From Antechinus flavipes (taxonomy: Eukaryota): DNA of 64,000 bases. The position numbers and the translations under genes were made by a program. A model generated the notes under the pieces. That model ran no database searches and was not told where the DNA came from. It saw only the letters and a list, made by a program, of their open reading frames with translations. The stretch is from positions 229,214,001-229,278,000 of the forward strand of contig NC_067398.1 of the NCBI RefSeq assembly GCF_016432865.1. Direction: 5' to 3'. This document shows, piece after piece, positions 12,001 through 24,660 of the stretch (within the stretch, counting starts at the first letter, position 1; the number at the start of each line of letters is the position of its first letter).

Positions 12001-12215
12001 GCCCTAGAAGGCACAATAGATAGACTCCTGGGCCTGGAGTCAGGAAGATCTGAGTTCATATCCAGCCTCTTAACCTATTTGCTTCATCTTCATCTGTAAA
12101 ATGGGAATAGCACTTACCTCCAAGGGTGGTTGTAAGGATCAAATAAGATAAAAATGGTAAAGTGCTTAGCGTAGTGCCTGGCAACCACATAAGACTATAT
12201 AAATGTTAGCTATTT
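12001..12215 (+). mobile_element. CORE-SINE (MIR/MAR type)
   Basis: tRNA-like head ggcctggagtcaggaagatctgagttcatatcc, core catctgtaaaatggg, tail gtaaagtgcttagc...aaatgttagctatt. Confidence 0.75.
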
Positions 12216-12959
12216 TTACCACTATTCTTGTCTATGCATTTTCAAGAATGCATCAGTGGCCCCTTTATTTTTAGCATCACTATTGTCCCCATGTGACACT
12301 CCCCATCCCTCACCCCCAACAAACAAAAACAGGAGACTAAAAAAACTTGTTACAACAACACGAATCTACCCAGGGTCCTTGTCCAAAAATGTTGTCCTGT
12401 ATCATGTCCAGAGTCTCTTGAGGTAACGTGCTGCGTTAACAGGACTTGTGGAGATGCAATTGTTCTTTGTGTGGACCAGTTTTTCAAAGTTGGTCTGTAC
12501 CTTTCTGCCCTTGTATACATTGTTCTACAGGTTCTGCTCACTTTACACTGTCATGTCCACCAGGTTTTCATGAGCTTATATTTACTTGTTAAAATGTCAA
12601 GTTCAGTTTATTACCCATATTCTATGGCCCCAAGTAGTTTTCCTATTGTCCATTCTTCTCCTATTGTCCTGTGTTATACTTACTGACCTCTGTATTTTCT
12701 CATTTTACAGTTTATTTATATGGACATTTTTCTTCTTTCCCCTCTTGTTTGTGGTTCAAATTGTTTTTGGTTAGTTTGGCAAACATTCTTCCTATCAGGA
12801 AAAACATTCATGTTCAGATATCATTTTGGTATCTTAAGCTATTTTCCAGAATCCTAATTTCTTTTCTTTGATATCAACATAATGAATTGTTCATTTCTCA
12901 TATCGCCTTTTTTCTTCCAGAATCCTAACTTCCTTCTAGGGAAATAGATGAAAGCATCA

Positions 12960-13200
12960 GGACTCCCAGGTCCTTTGGCTTCTGGCTATTTGACTCCGTA
13001 TCTAGCAATACATTTTTTTAAACTGTCATTTCCAAATTAATCAGCAGGAGGATAGCTGTCTGGATTTGATATCTGTCATATGTCAGAGAGAACTCCAGAA
13101 AGACACCACTCCCTTCTAATGAGCTAAGTGAAGATCCCCTAAAACTGTCTCTGGACCTCTCAGCAGGGAGTCAGTCATTAGGATGCTTTTATTCCTGGTA
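12960..13200 (-). mobile_element. CR1/L3 ORF1 (SGNH esterase-like) remnant
   Basis: The - strand translates ILMTDSLLRGPET, resembling the CR1 ORF1 block VxGDSLLRGTE, with downstream decayed ...ctatcctcctgctgattaatttggaaatgac (YPLLLIHVGTND-like). Confidence 0.5.
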
Positions 13201-13879
13201 TCTGTAACGGGTTTTCTTTACTCATAAGTCTTATTGCCCTTCATAATTCTAGAAGTAGCCAGTTCAAGTTTCAATTCATCCTCACATCTGCCGAATGACT
13301 CCATATTTCCAGCATTCTAACAGGCACCAACCTCTTAAGTTCAGATATCTAAAATCACTGCCTTCTGTGTCATTGCCCAGATTTAGTTCTATGAAGTTAA
13401 CAGAAGTTAGTTAATAGGTATGCTGTATTAACAGACCAATTTAAATGCTAGCTAACAGGTCAGAATGGTGTTTGATATTTGATAAAAACTATTCAAGAAG
13501 TGTATATTGTTATTTTCCTTAATAAAAACATTTGTAAAAATTTATGAAAAACAATAAGGAAATCCAATTGGAAATAGAGAAGTTTAGTATTGTCAACAGT
13601 TGTTGATACGGTTTCAAGTAAACAACTTTCTGGAACCAGATAGGCCATCCTTATATATATGCTACCTGTATTGCCAAGAATTCTGTACCTCCACAGTAGA
13701 TTATCACAAGCCATGACCATATGCTTCACCATTGGGATTTACATTCTAAGTATATATTAGATGCAGTTAAGTTAGTAATGTTAAAAATAATAAGCCTATT
13801 GTAAATCAAAAATTGTTATTGACTCAGCATGAATAGGAACATTTTTCAGTCATTTTCCCAATAATGACATGTTGGATAA

Positions 13880-14030
13880 TTTTTTTTATTAAAGCTTTTT
13901 AATTTTCAAAAGATATGCATGGGTAATTTTTCAACATTAACCCTTGCAAAAACCTTGTGTTCCAATTTCCCCCCATCCTCTTCACTCCCTCTCCTAGGTA
14001 GCAAGTAATCCAATATATGTTAAACATGTT
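13880..14030 (-). mobile_element. L1 3'-end fragment
   Basis: T-tail then tttcaaaagatatgcatgggtaatttttcaacattaacccttgcaaaaaccttgtgttccaa, the antisense of the L1 terminus seen at 40400-40490. Confidence 0.75.
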
Positions 14031-16434
14031 AACAAGCTGGCTAATTTTTGTAGTCTCTGCAAAACTTTCTAATAGCAGTTTTTTTTTTTTAAGTGTTGAA
14101 GGTCTGAGGTTTGAAGTTTGAGATATGGTCATGGAAAAACAGAATATAATTTATCTACGAACCTACCTGTCATAAATGGGGAATCCTATGACTTTTTTTT
14201 TATTAACAAACAAAATATAAAGAGAAAAGGAAAGAATAACCTACACCAAAAAATTGTTTTACCTAAATCTTTTTTTTTTTTTTTTGAATTCTGAAGTGAC
14301 ACAAAACAGCAGCAACAGAATGTTGTATGAGGAAGCTGCACGGTGAATGAGCACAGCTGCTTTTGCATAAGGCAGTTCACAATTTGTCACTGATAATTTA
14401 CTCACTGTTGCTTCTTCCTGCTTCTCTGCTTCAGTGTCGAAAAAATTGCTGGAACCTGGGGAAAAAAAATTTCCCCCCAACCCTATTTGCTGTGGATTTA
14501 TGACTGTTTGACAGGCCTGGGTCTCTGCATGGATGATCTATTGTTGACTTGTTTCCCTGCAGCCCTGTTGGCTTCTGGAGCAGAGCACTTGTTTTTATTC
14601 AGAAGGCTCTCTTCCACACGATAGGACATAAGTCAGGAGGCTCCTTGGTTGCTCGCATAGTTCACATGAATAGCATGTTTTTGCACAGCAAAAGGATATG
14701 AGATTTTAGTGTCTGGAGGGTTCCCATTCTGGCCTAACTCCAGGCTTTTGCTTGGTCCTGCTGAGCACACTGTCTCAGTGATTTAAGTTTTTTAGACTTT
14801 CATTGGTTTATAATTTTTGATGCTTCCTATGTTTCAAAGTAGTATGTTAAACACTATAAGGGCTAAAGAGATGAGTAAGCCTCAGTGCCTGTCCTTAAGC
14901 AATTTGCAATTTAGTTGGGAGAGAATACATGTAACACATAAAGTAATACATTCATGTTGTGAATTTTATAGTATCACTATATAGTTTACAACATTACTAC
15001 ATTGTCACTTTATTCTCAGGTAAAAGTATTATCACCATTTAAAAAGACAATTTGTGGTCATAAATTATGTTTAGTTATCTACTAAGCAACAGAGCTGGAA
15101 CTTGTAAGAAGCGATCATAATAAAAGATGAAAAAATTGAAATGAAAAGAGAAAAAGTTTTCTGACCTTAGTTAAAAAGGCAGAGTTTTCCAAATATTGCT
15201 ATTAGAAAATGACACTATAAATTTTATTGAATCCTGGTGAAATCTGTAGTAATCTGAAAGAGATTAGTTTAATCAAATTGGTTTGGCTGACAAACTGAAT
15301 GAAAAAACATGTCACAATCTTGTGGCATCCCCATTGCGTTAGTCTGCCTTTTTATCTTTCTTGGACATACATATTGGTCAATGAAGTGATTCTGAATTGA
15401 GTGGGATCATCTTTGGAAAAGTCCTGTAGCACTTTTTTTATGCCTTTTTTACAAACTACAATAGTCATTTCCCCACAATTTTTCCCACCTTCTTCTCCTC
15501 ATTCCACGACAAGTGTAACAAAGAAAAATATTGAAACAAAACCAATGGACGCCAGTTGTATCTGATAAAACAAACTCCATTCCACATCCAGAGCCCCGTC
15601 TCTATTTAGACAAAAGAGATAGTTCTGAGACCAATCTCTACAGTTAATGCTTTTATTGAGCCAAGGCAGTACATGGCTCCCTGGATTAATATTATTCCAT
15701 CATTGCTATATGGCTGCGACAATTACTCCTGTTCCAAATGACAATGAAAAGACCTGTCAGTGGGTGAAAATAGGCCATGTAGCATATTGATTACTGGTTT
15801 TGACTAGCATTTGAAAAATTGAATAAAAAGTCTCCTAAAGACATGAGACTGGAAAAGGAGGAATATCCGTTGGGTGGTGACAATGGGAGTCAATATATGA
15901 ATAGTCTGGCTACTATAATGTACCTTTTTTAAAATATTAAAGAGGGAGGGGAGCTACATTCAGAAAAAGATCTCCAGCATCATGATGGATATTCTGATTT
16001 CTGAGATAAGGGGATATACGGGAACGCTGCAGGACAAGACAAGATGTGAAAGGATTTTGGTCTGCACTCTTTTAAGATTTTTAATCTAACCACTCTGATT
16101 GCTTGTCTGTAGTGCAGCTTCAAGCCTGTTCATTTGCAGAGTTCAGCTTCTTTATGCACATCTTGTTTCTCTTTTTATCATCCAGTCACTTTGGGGGAAA
16201 GAGGGGAGGAAATTCTAGAATTCCCCAATAACACTTCACATTAAGTTTCTCTCTAGCATGTTCCACTAATCTCTCTACAAAGGAAGCCAACCTTTCTCCT
16301 TTCTTTGCCTGAGCATCAACACCACCATTTGTTTGCCACATGTACTCTCTATTTGGGACTGTTACCTAAATTACCAGGGACTGTGATTTTGGAGATTTAA
16401 GTTTTCTGCATTTTTTTATCTTTTCCATACCCAG

Positions 16435-16506
16435 AGTCTAAAGGAAGGCCTGACCGTGCAAGAACGTCTGAAACTCTTTGAATCCAGGGACTTGAAGAAA
16501 GATTAG
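16435..16506 (+). CDS. MPRIP: MPRIP terminal exon, coding part SLKEGLTVQERLKLFESRDLKKD*
   Basis: Long pyrimidine tract plus cccAG acceptor. In frame when the cassette exon is skipped, TAG at 16504-16506. Matches the recalled human long-isoform C-terminus. Confidence 0.95.
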   Translation, partial: SLKEGLTVQERLKLFESRDLKKD

Positions 16507-18125
16507 TTGTATCCCATTCAACTTGAACACACATCCCACCTGGCTTGCAGCAGCACAACACAAGCGCTGATTTTTGTCTGTACCGTATTTTATTATTATT
16601 ATTGTTATTGTTATTATTGTCATCATTAACTGTATGGATGGATAAGAGACTGATTTATGGATTGTAGTTCACACCACTTCCTGCTGTGTTGATTCCTTCA
16701 ACTCCTCCCTCCCAGCATCTTATCAAATCTTTTTCTTCCACTGTATTCTAGAATTAGTCAATGATTTAGGGGGGGAGGAAGGCGAACAATCTACTTTCCT
16801 CCCATTCTAGCTGCCTGTATTAGAATTCTTTACTTTACTGTAATTCATTACACTAAGTGTCAGTATTAAGGCTCAGCAGCCTATTGATAAGCTAGCTCTG
16901 TCTTACCGAATGTATTGGTATGGAAACAGGGCCTGGTTGGCGTATCTAGCTCTGCTGCTAAGTGGCAGTGGTTTGGTGCTCCGAGGCACTTTGAGCCAAG
17001 TACGCCAGGAGTTAGTCTTAACTCTTGTTTCTCTGAGGTAAAGCCTGAGGACATTCTGTTTCTGTCTAGATTTACAGCACTGACCTACTGGAGAGAAATT
17101 AGAGGGGGAGTTGGAGAAAAGAGGTGGTTTGTAACCAGGATTCTGCCACCCTTCATCTCAACTCTGGTGAAGATTTTTCGGGGGTGGGGGGAGTGGGGAG
17201 TGGAAATGATGGCATTTTGTACTCCTTCTACTAATGCAGCTTAGAACCACACATCCCAGAATATTGTGGCAAAGTACTACAACAGAATTGTTGAATCGTT
17301 CCTAATTCTTGTTTGTTTTTTTTTAATTAAATCTTGCACAAAACACCAGCTCCCCCTCTCATTACTTCCTCCGATCGTTCTTATGGTATTTTCAGTGACC
17401 ACCTATTTTTGAAATATGGATTGGGGCTTTGCATTGTGATTCCTACTATTGAAGAGAAGTGTCTGTTCTAAAATTTTTAACTTTTTTGGAAATTATTCCC
17501 CACATAACCAGGTCCATGTAATTTGTTAGAGAGAGGGAGGGGGAAGGAACATGAGGAGGTGGGTGACACTATTGGAATGTCAGTTTTAACAAATTATTCC
17601 TAAATTCAACTGAGATCAATAGTGACCTACCCTCCTGTATACTTAAAAAAAAAATCCTATCCTAAAGTAAGACAATGCTAACAGTATTGTGTGATATTTT
17701 AATACTTTGTAAATTAGACTGGATTTGTTAAAGTCCATTCAAATCCACAGGACTAATAACCCTACATTGTAAAGTTTAAGATCAAACCATGCTTTACCCC
17801 AAATTGAGAAATAGTTCTGCTGCCTTTCAAAAGTCACATAAATAAGAAACGGGTGTTTATGATGGATTCATCTTTTTTCCTTCTTCTTGGAGCTAATTTG
17901 GCCCCTCTATTGCTACAAATTCTCTTTCAAAATGTGTTTTAGCTTTACATGGCCCCTAAATGTTGGGTTCCCCTGCATTTAAACAGAGTTGATCTGGCTA
18001 ACCTTTTATAGAATACTTCTATCTGGCAAATGGCTAGGTGATTTAAAATAAAAATATCATTGAAACTATCCTGCTCAACTTGCTTAAAAGGACTAACACA
18101 ACACAGCAACCTGGGAAGGCAGGCT

Positions 18126-18150
18126 AAAATAAAATAAAATAAAATAAAAT
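18126..18150 (+). repeat. (AAAAT)5 microsatellite in the MPRIP 3'UTR
   Basis: Directly visible. It contains four AATAAA hexamers. Confidence 0.9.
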
Positions 18151-21100
18151 GGATGGAAAGAGTAGAGAAATAGATAGAGGGAATGACCTTTAATTATAAT
18201 GAAACTCGACTTATTCTTATCTTACTTGAACACTTTAAACCTCCAATCCCACTCACACTATTCATTTACTTTTTTTCTTCTAACTTCAGTATTAATATTC
18301 TCCCAACTTCTGGTTAATAGAGACAACCTATGCCCATGATTATATCACAGAAGGGTGAGTTCTTATGTTACTTATTTTATGTGTAATAGAAACAGAGAAT
18401 CAAGATAATATTTTTAAAATCTATAAAACAAAAACCATTTAGTGGCAGAGTTGCTACAAATAGCGAATTTTTTTGAGTGCACTATTCTCCACATCCCCTC
18501 TTTGAATATTCAAAAGCTAGAATCTCCTTCTTAAACAGGACATTATTTCCTGATATCTCTAAAACAATATTTTACATGTATCTACTGGAACTGGTAGTGG
18601 AATCCCTGCTTTTGAAGCAGGCAATTGCTGGAGGTAGTGTTTGTTTGCTTTTAGTATAGTACTGTTCTTATTTGCCTCTTGGGGAATGTGTGGCCCTTCT
18701 GAGAGGTAGACTCTCAAATCATCTTAGGACAAAAAAGAAGTACAGCAGAAGACTATAAGATTTGGTCCCAAGAGACAAATTGAATCTGAGTTGAGGCACT
18801 GCCAAGAATATTTACAATTTTTCAGTGTTGTGTATATCATTTATTTACTTCTCTAAGAAAATCAAGCTTTTTTGCATGTAAAAATCTGCATTTTGTTCTG
18901 CTTTTTTTCTAACATTTAAGAGGTTTGACCTAAGCAAATTAAATGAACATATTTAGATTTTATTTTTTCAGTTGTCCAACCTCCTAATTCTCAGAGAAGA
19001 CTGCCAAGTTAGAGAACAGGAAATATGTTTATTTGAGCTTTTTTCCTCCATAATTCTCTCAAAAAGTAGCCTAGTGTTGAAACTGGCATGCTGTATGTAG
19101 AAAGAAGGATATTTGTGTTAATGGAGATGAGAAGATAGCCTATCTCTTAGGGTCTTTCCCTGCCTTAAGAGTTCACTTCAGTTCAACAAACAGCTATTAA
19201 GCACCTGCTTTGTACAAGAACATACTTCATATATCATTTGTTTAATTCAGTAGATGCTAATTTTAGTCATTTTCTTGAGAAATTTTTTTTTTTTTTTTGC
19301 CTGAGATGCAAATATGAGAAAAAATTTTAAGGAGACAAGTAAAAACAAAAGATCTTATTTCTTTTGCTACCATATGAGGATAGCCTGTACAGAAACACAC
19401 ATGTAGACTGGTACAGTGTTTATAAGACTGGATTTGTCTACATCCTTTCCCACACAGCTTCATTTTCCTAGATTCTGAAGGGATCATACTTTTAAAAAAA
19501 TTAAGTAGCTAAAAGCCAGCATCCCTCAATATTTTTCATATATTTATTACTCTAGGCACTTACATCCATTGGAAAGCTAGTTAATGATCCTAATTCTGGA
19601 AATCAGAACCCCCAAAATACATTAGTTAACTTATTTTAAGTATTAGTAGAGGAGAAGTTTTTTCTTCTTTTCAAGTTAACTAAAATAAAACAACCCATTT
19701 CATTTGGCGGGAGTTGAAAATGACATAGGACATGAGGAATGTGATTCAGCAGACACAGTGCGTATAACTTTGGGAAAATGAATTATGATGAGACGAGAAA
19801 GTTTAAGATGAAGGATTGACAGAATGGATAGACATAAGACAGTAAAACTGTTGGTGGTGTTCCAAATGTAGACAATTTTGTATCATATGGGTTGCTGTAC
19901 TATCAGCAAAAGCAGATATGTTAACAGAAATCAAAAGGAATTTTTTTGGCCTACTAAATGAAAATGAAGAGAGTCAACTGTTTGAATAACAGAAATGGTT
20001 GAAGCTCTCATCAAAGAGGAGAGAAGAGCGAGTTACCGCATAAGAAGCCTAGTAAGAACATGAAAAACAAAGCCAAATAAATGCTGGCTTTAAAACTTGG
20101 AGATGTTTTCTTTAAGAACTATGTAAAACACTTTGCAAACTAGAAAGTGCCATATAAATGTCAACTAGTATTATTCTAGTCAGCTAGTATTAGCATTTAA
20201 TGAAATTTATTCACTCCAGAAGTAGATGTAGCAATATAATTTTTAGCACATTGAAGAAATTTAAGAACTAAACACCAATTCTCAACCATATCAAGATTAT
20301 CTTTATATTAGACTCTAATTTTATTTGAAAAGGGAGTAAAGGGCATTACAGTAGAAGTCAGGCTAGAAGTCCCACTCTGTTACTAACCAGCCAAGACTTT
20401 GTGGCAAATCACTTCTATAATAACTTGATGTTTCACTTCAAAGTTATCATTGGCACATATATGATTTGGAACAAACTAAATAACATTTAAAAAGGCATTG
20501 ATACCACATGTAGAGAAATATGAAGTGTAGTTATAAGATCTCTAGTTCCTATATAAGGTCAATCAAATTCAGAGTTGTAAGGAGGAAAGGAAGATGTTAG
20601 CACAAGTTCTTTAATCATATTTAATACAGCCACATAAATGATCAGTTAACTACAGACAAAAGCAAAGATTTATTATGCCTTTATTCTAAAATAATGGACT
20701 TGGTTCTCAACTAAGAATTTAAATTGTAGTTAGCTTCACTAAACCTCAGTTATCCTGAAACAAAGACACAGCCCCTGAACTAAAAGCATCAAGGAAAACT
20801 ATTATTTTTATCCTGTTAAGACAGACAATAGATGACAGAGAAGGAACACCGAGCAGAAAAGTACAGCAGCCGGTGGCCATTTAGGTATGTAGCAAATGGA
20901 CCTTATACAACAATAAATTCCCAAGAACAGCTATGTTATTATCAATTATGTTCAATATCCTCTGTTTTCAACATCAAGGAAGTAATAGCCATTGTTAATG
21001 AAAACCTTTAAACTGAATACTTAGCACTTTATTCAATTAGAAGATTCATTTCCTAGGTAAATGAGGTATTACAATATTGAATAGAAGAATCTTTAGATAT

Positions 21101-23423
21101 AAATGGCTTTACTCTTCAGAATTCAAATAAGTTAGGTTTGCCTGAAAAAAAGATCCATTTCAAATAAAAACACAGAATCTGTTTCCTTCTGATATCCACA
21201 TAAGTAGCCTACTCGCGAAATGAATTATACGTATTCAAAACTTTTGTTGTACTTGGTAATAGCTTTTCTAGAATCTGTTATAGTAAATGGGTACACAATA
21301 TATTAGTTATTATGTTTCTAAATTTCATTCAGCCTGGAGTCAATTTCTGTCATCTTTTCATTCCATTAAGAGAAGAAATATACTGACTAAAAAGGAATAG
21401 ATCATTTTCACGTAGAATAACCCAAACATTTCTTAAAGTCAACCAAAAATAATGCTTACAAGATATCCTGATGAGATATGTATATTATATTGTTTTAAAA
21501 GATCTTTAAAATTAATTTTTACTCCATTCTTTTTCTTTATTCCAAAATGAAATCTGCATTTCCAATATTTCTAGTAAAAAGTCATCCTGTTCCCCCAAAT
21601 TTTATCTTCAATTTCTTCTCTGATTTTTTAAGATTAAATAAAGTATTCTCAGATTCATTATAATAAATTATTGAATAATGAGCTATTCTTATGAGTTTTC
21701 CATTAATCAGATGGCATATAAAGAAAAAGCTCTAAATTTACCACTATAATAAAAAAGTTTTCTCTCCCTCTTCCATATTAACAAAGTGGTCTTTTATTCT
21801 ATATCATCAGTATCCCAAAACTCTTTTTAAAAAAGATTAAGTTCAAATACTTTTCTTTCGAACTCTAAAGTAGGTTTAAAAAAAAAAATTTAAAATCTTA
21901 GCTTTCCCACATCTTTCCCCCAAATCTGAGTGTTCTGTAATACCCCTGATGTGCCCAGATATCTACCTATTTCATGGCAGATTTATCAGTAAAGAAGCCA
22001 TTGTCTGAAATGCCCTTAAGGAATAAACACAATATTATTTTGTGTATATTAGGAGGGAAATTACACATTTATATCCATATAAACACTCTTATTATTTGCA
22101 AGCTGCTATACTTTAAATACTTTTGAATAGAACCAGACTATTTAGAAAAAACCCTTTTTTTCAATTCTTTGATAGAAGTCCTATGAATCTGAAAAAAACT
22201 TTATGAAAACATTAACATTTTCAGGTTTTGAAGATTTTTTAAAAGGGATTTGCGGGGAGGGCAGTGGGAATTGGGACAAGAACTTGTTTCTTATGATAAC
22301 AGAATTTGTTTCCTTAGCAAAAATAAAAATGAAAATAAATAGAACCAACCTTTCTGCTGTCTTGAAAGCAGCATGATGAAATATTTTGTTTAAAATACAT
22401 CCTTTATCAAGTTCTTCTTAGACCACTACATTTCTGTGGTTAATATGGAGTACCTACACATTGTGACATTTTACTCTCATGCACATTCATGATAAATTGC
22501 ATTTTCTCTTTTTGAAGACAGCTTTTTCTTCAAAATAACTTAAAATCTGTATAGTTTTCAAAGCACACACTGTAAATATTTATTACTCAGCAGTTAGGTA
22601 GAAAGGGGTTTTGTGACTTTTTTTTTTTTTTTTAAATAAAATCTAATACAGAAGGTTCCTTTTTAAGATTGGAAAAAAAGGTCTGGGTATGATGTTGAAT
22701 GAACCCAGCATTAGGATAGTTTTCAATGACTGTTTTAAATATCTTTTAAAATTCTATGCTGAATATACTTGTCAAATATATAATGTATCTGAAAAGTATA
22801 ATCCTACAAGGATTGATTTTTTTTTATTGAAAGAATTCAGTAATGTTGTACTTGATATATATGGCATTAACCCTCTCTGCATAAAATTTTTAAAATGAAG
22901 AAAGTTGCATTTAGCAGAGAGCTGTAATGTGACAAAAACTTTTTTTTTAAACATAACTTGAAAAGTGTTACAGGAAGGTAAAATATAAAGTATAGTTTTA
23001 ACATCAGGGATGCAATTATCATTTCTCCAACATTCAAGATTATTAGGTAGGGTTGTAAGGAAGAGATTTACCAAATCTTTAGTTATAAAGTTTATAAATA
23101 GGTTGTAAGCTGAAATTTATATATGTAGGTATTTTATTTCCAATGTGCTGTTTTATATCATATCAATGTAGAAGTGATTTGATTGCAATATAAAATATTT
23201 TGGAGACCTGAAGGCTAAAATATAGGATGATCTGGGAGAATATTAAATAGCCCTATTTTATGCAAATGAGATTCCTCTACTGAAGTGACCTATCCTGTCT
23301 CTGGTCTGCACTTTAAAAAAAAAAAATCACCATAGATAAATGAAGCTATAGAAGTAACAAATTTAGCCATCAGATCCTAGTTTATCAAATTTATTGTAAC
23401 TACACTCTTTATTTTTCCTAGAG

Positions 23424-23627
23424 CAGGGATTCGTAGTTTTTTTGGTTTTTTTGAGGGGGAGGGTATGATTGACCTTTTTGACAGTCCAGTGAATCCTATG
23501 GACCCTTTTCAGAATAATGTTTTAAAATGCATAATATACATAGAATTACAAAGGAAACCAATTATATTTAAATATAATTGTTGAAATGTTTTTAAAAGTT
23601 TATGGAGTTAAAAGTTAAGAATTCCTG
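23424..23627. mobile_element. Non-autonomous hAT-Charlie-type DNA transposon (Charlie4-like)
   Basis: Imperfect TIRs CAGGGATTCGTAGTTTT / CAGGAATTCTTAACTTTT. Internal cagtccagtgaatcctatggacccttttcagaataatgttttaaaatgcat...aaaggaaaccaattata matches the recalled family consensus. The left flank contains CTAG, but the TSD has decayed. Confidence 0.7.
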
Positions 23628-24654
23628 TGTACTGGAAGAAAGAAGTTGGATAAAATAGATACATTCACTAATAGGTCTTTGTATTCATTATTATAAAATA
23701 ATGTAAATATCTTGGCTTGAAAGCTTTTAGAATTCACCTCTATCTGACTTGCCTGCTGACTTATTCTTAACAGTAATTCAAGACCAAGAATTAAGTAGTG
23801 AGAGGAAATCATATGATTTTCTAAGTAATATTTATAAAATGGTAAGCAGTGCACTGTGACACTTAGGAATGATAATAGCTTGATCTTTTTTTCCCTCTTC
23901 TATATACTCTTCTTTTTATACATTTTTCCAACATTCTGCCTCATACTTAACGAAAATAGTAAAAAATTAGGATAGATAACCTTAACTGAGACATTAAATT
24001 GATGAGATAGCTCTGAATTATATGAACTTATAAGAGAGGAAAGAAAATTTTATCTGCTGTAACAATATAAATTGGAAATATTCCATAATTTCTTATCCAT
24101 GCCTAAAATGATCTTAAAAATCATAAGCCACTGCTAATACCCAAGCATGTGTGTGTGTATAAGCATACGCTAACATAGTAGTATACTTTACACAGTGATT
24201 AATTATTGCACTAATATTAAATGTTCTGTGCACTAGATTTAAAATTTTGTGAAAAATGAAACTGGTCCAAGAAAGAAACGACAACATTCTGACCATAAAG
24301 CATTATCATCTGTAAATCAAGATATGAGGTAAAACTCATGTATATATATGGTTAGCCCTACCCCGTTGGTTTATGTATCAACTCCCTATCAGAGTGATTT
24401 CCTTTTTAAAAAAATAGTAAAGGATGCTGATCTGCTTAAATAAGGCTTCTCTCCCTCCTTTCCTTTTCAAGTCAATGCAATCCTTTGTGCTTTTTAAAAG
24501 CCACTGTTCCCGATCAACTGTTCACTGTAATTAAAACATTTACTTTGTCACAATATTTATTCCTTAAGCCTTCTGTGACATGCTAGATTCCTGTGGATGT
24601 AGCTGATCATTTTTATTTTGTAAATATTACTTAACTTTACATAAACTATATCAT

Positions 24655-24660
24655 AATAAA
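24655..24660 (+). terminator. MPRIP: Candidate MPRIP polyadenylation signal AATAAA
   Basis: ...ttttattttgtaaatattacttaactttacataaactatatcatAATAAActatttttgcacc followed by tttgcatgctgtgtactgaggttctgtttattg. Confidence 0.55.

Noticed and set aside
17180-17203. G-runs in the MPRIP 3'UTR as an RNA G-quadruplex
   Set aside because: Only three runs of 3 or more G plus a GG. At best a two-tier quadruplex, which is common by chance.
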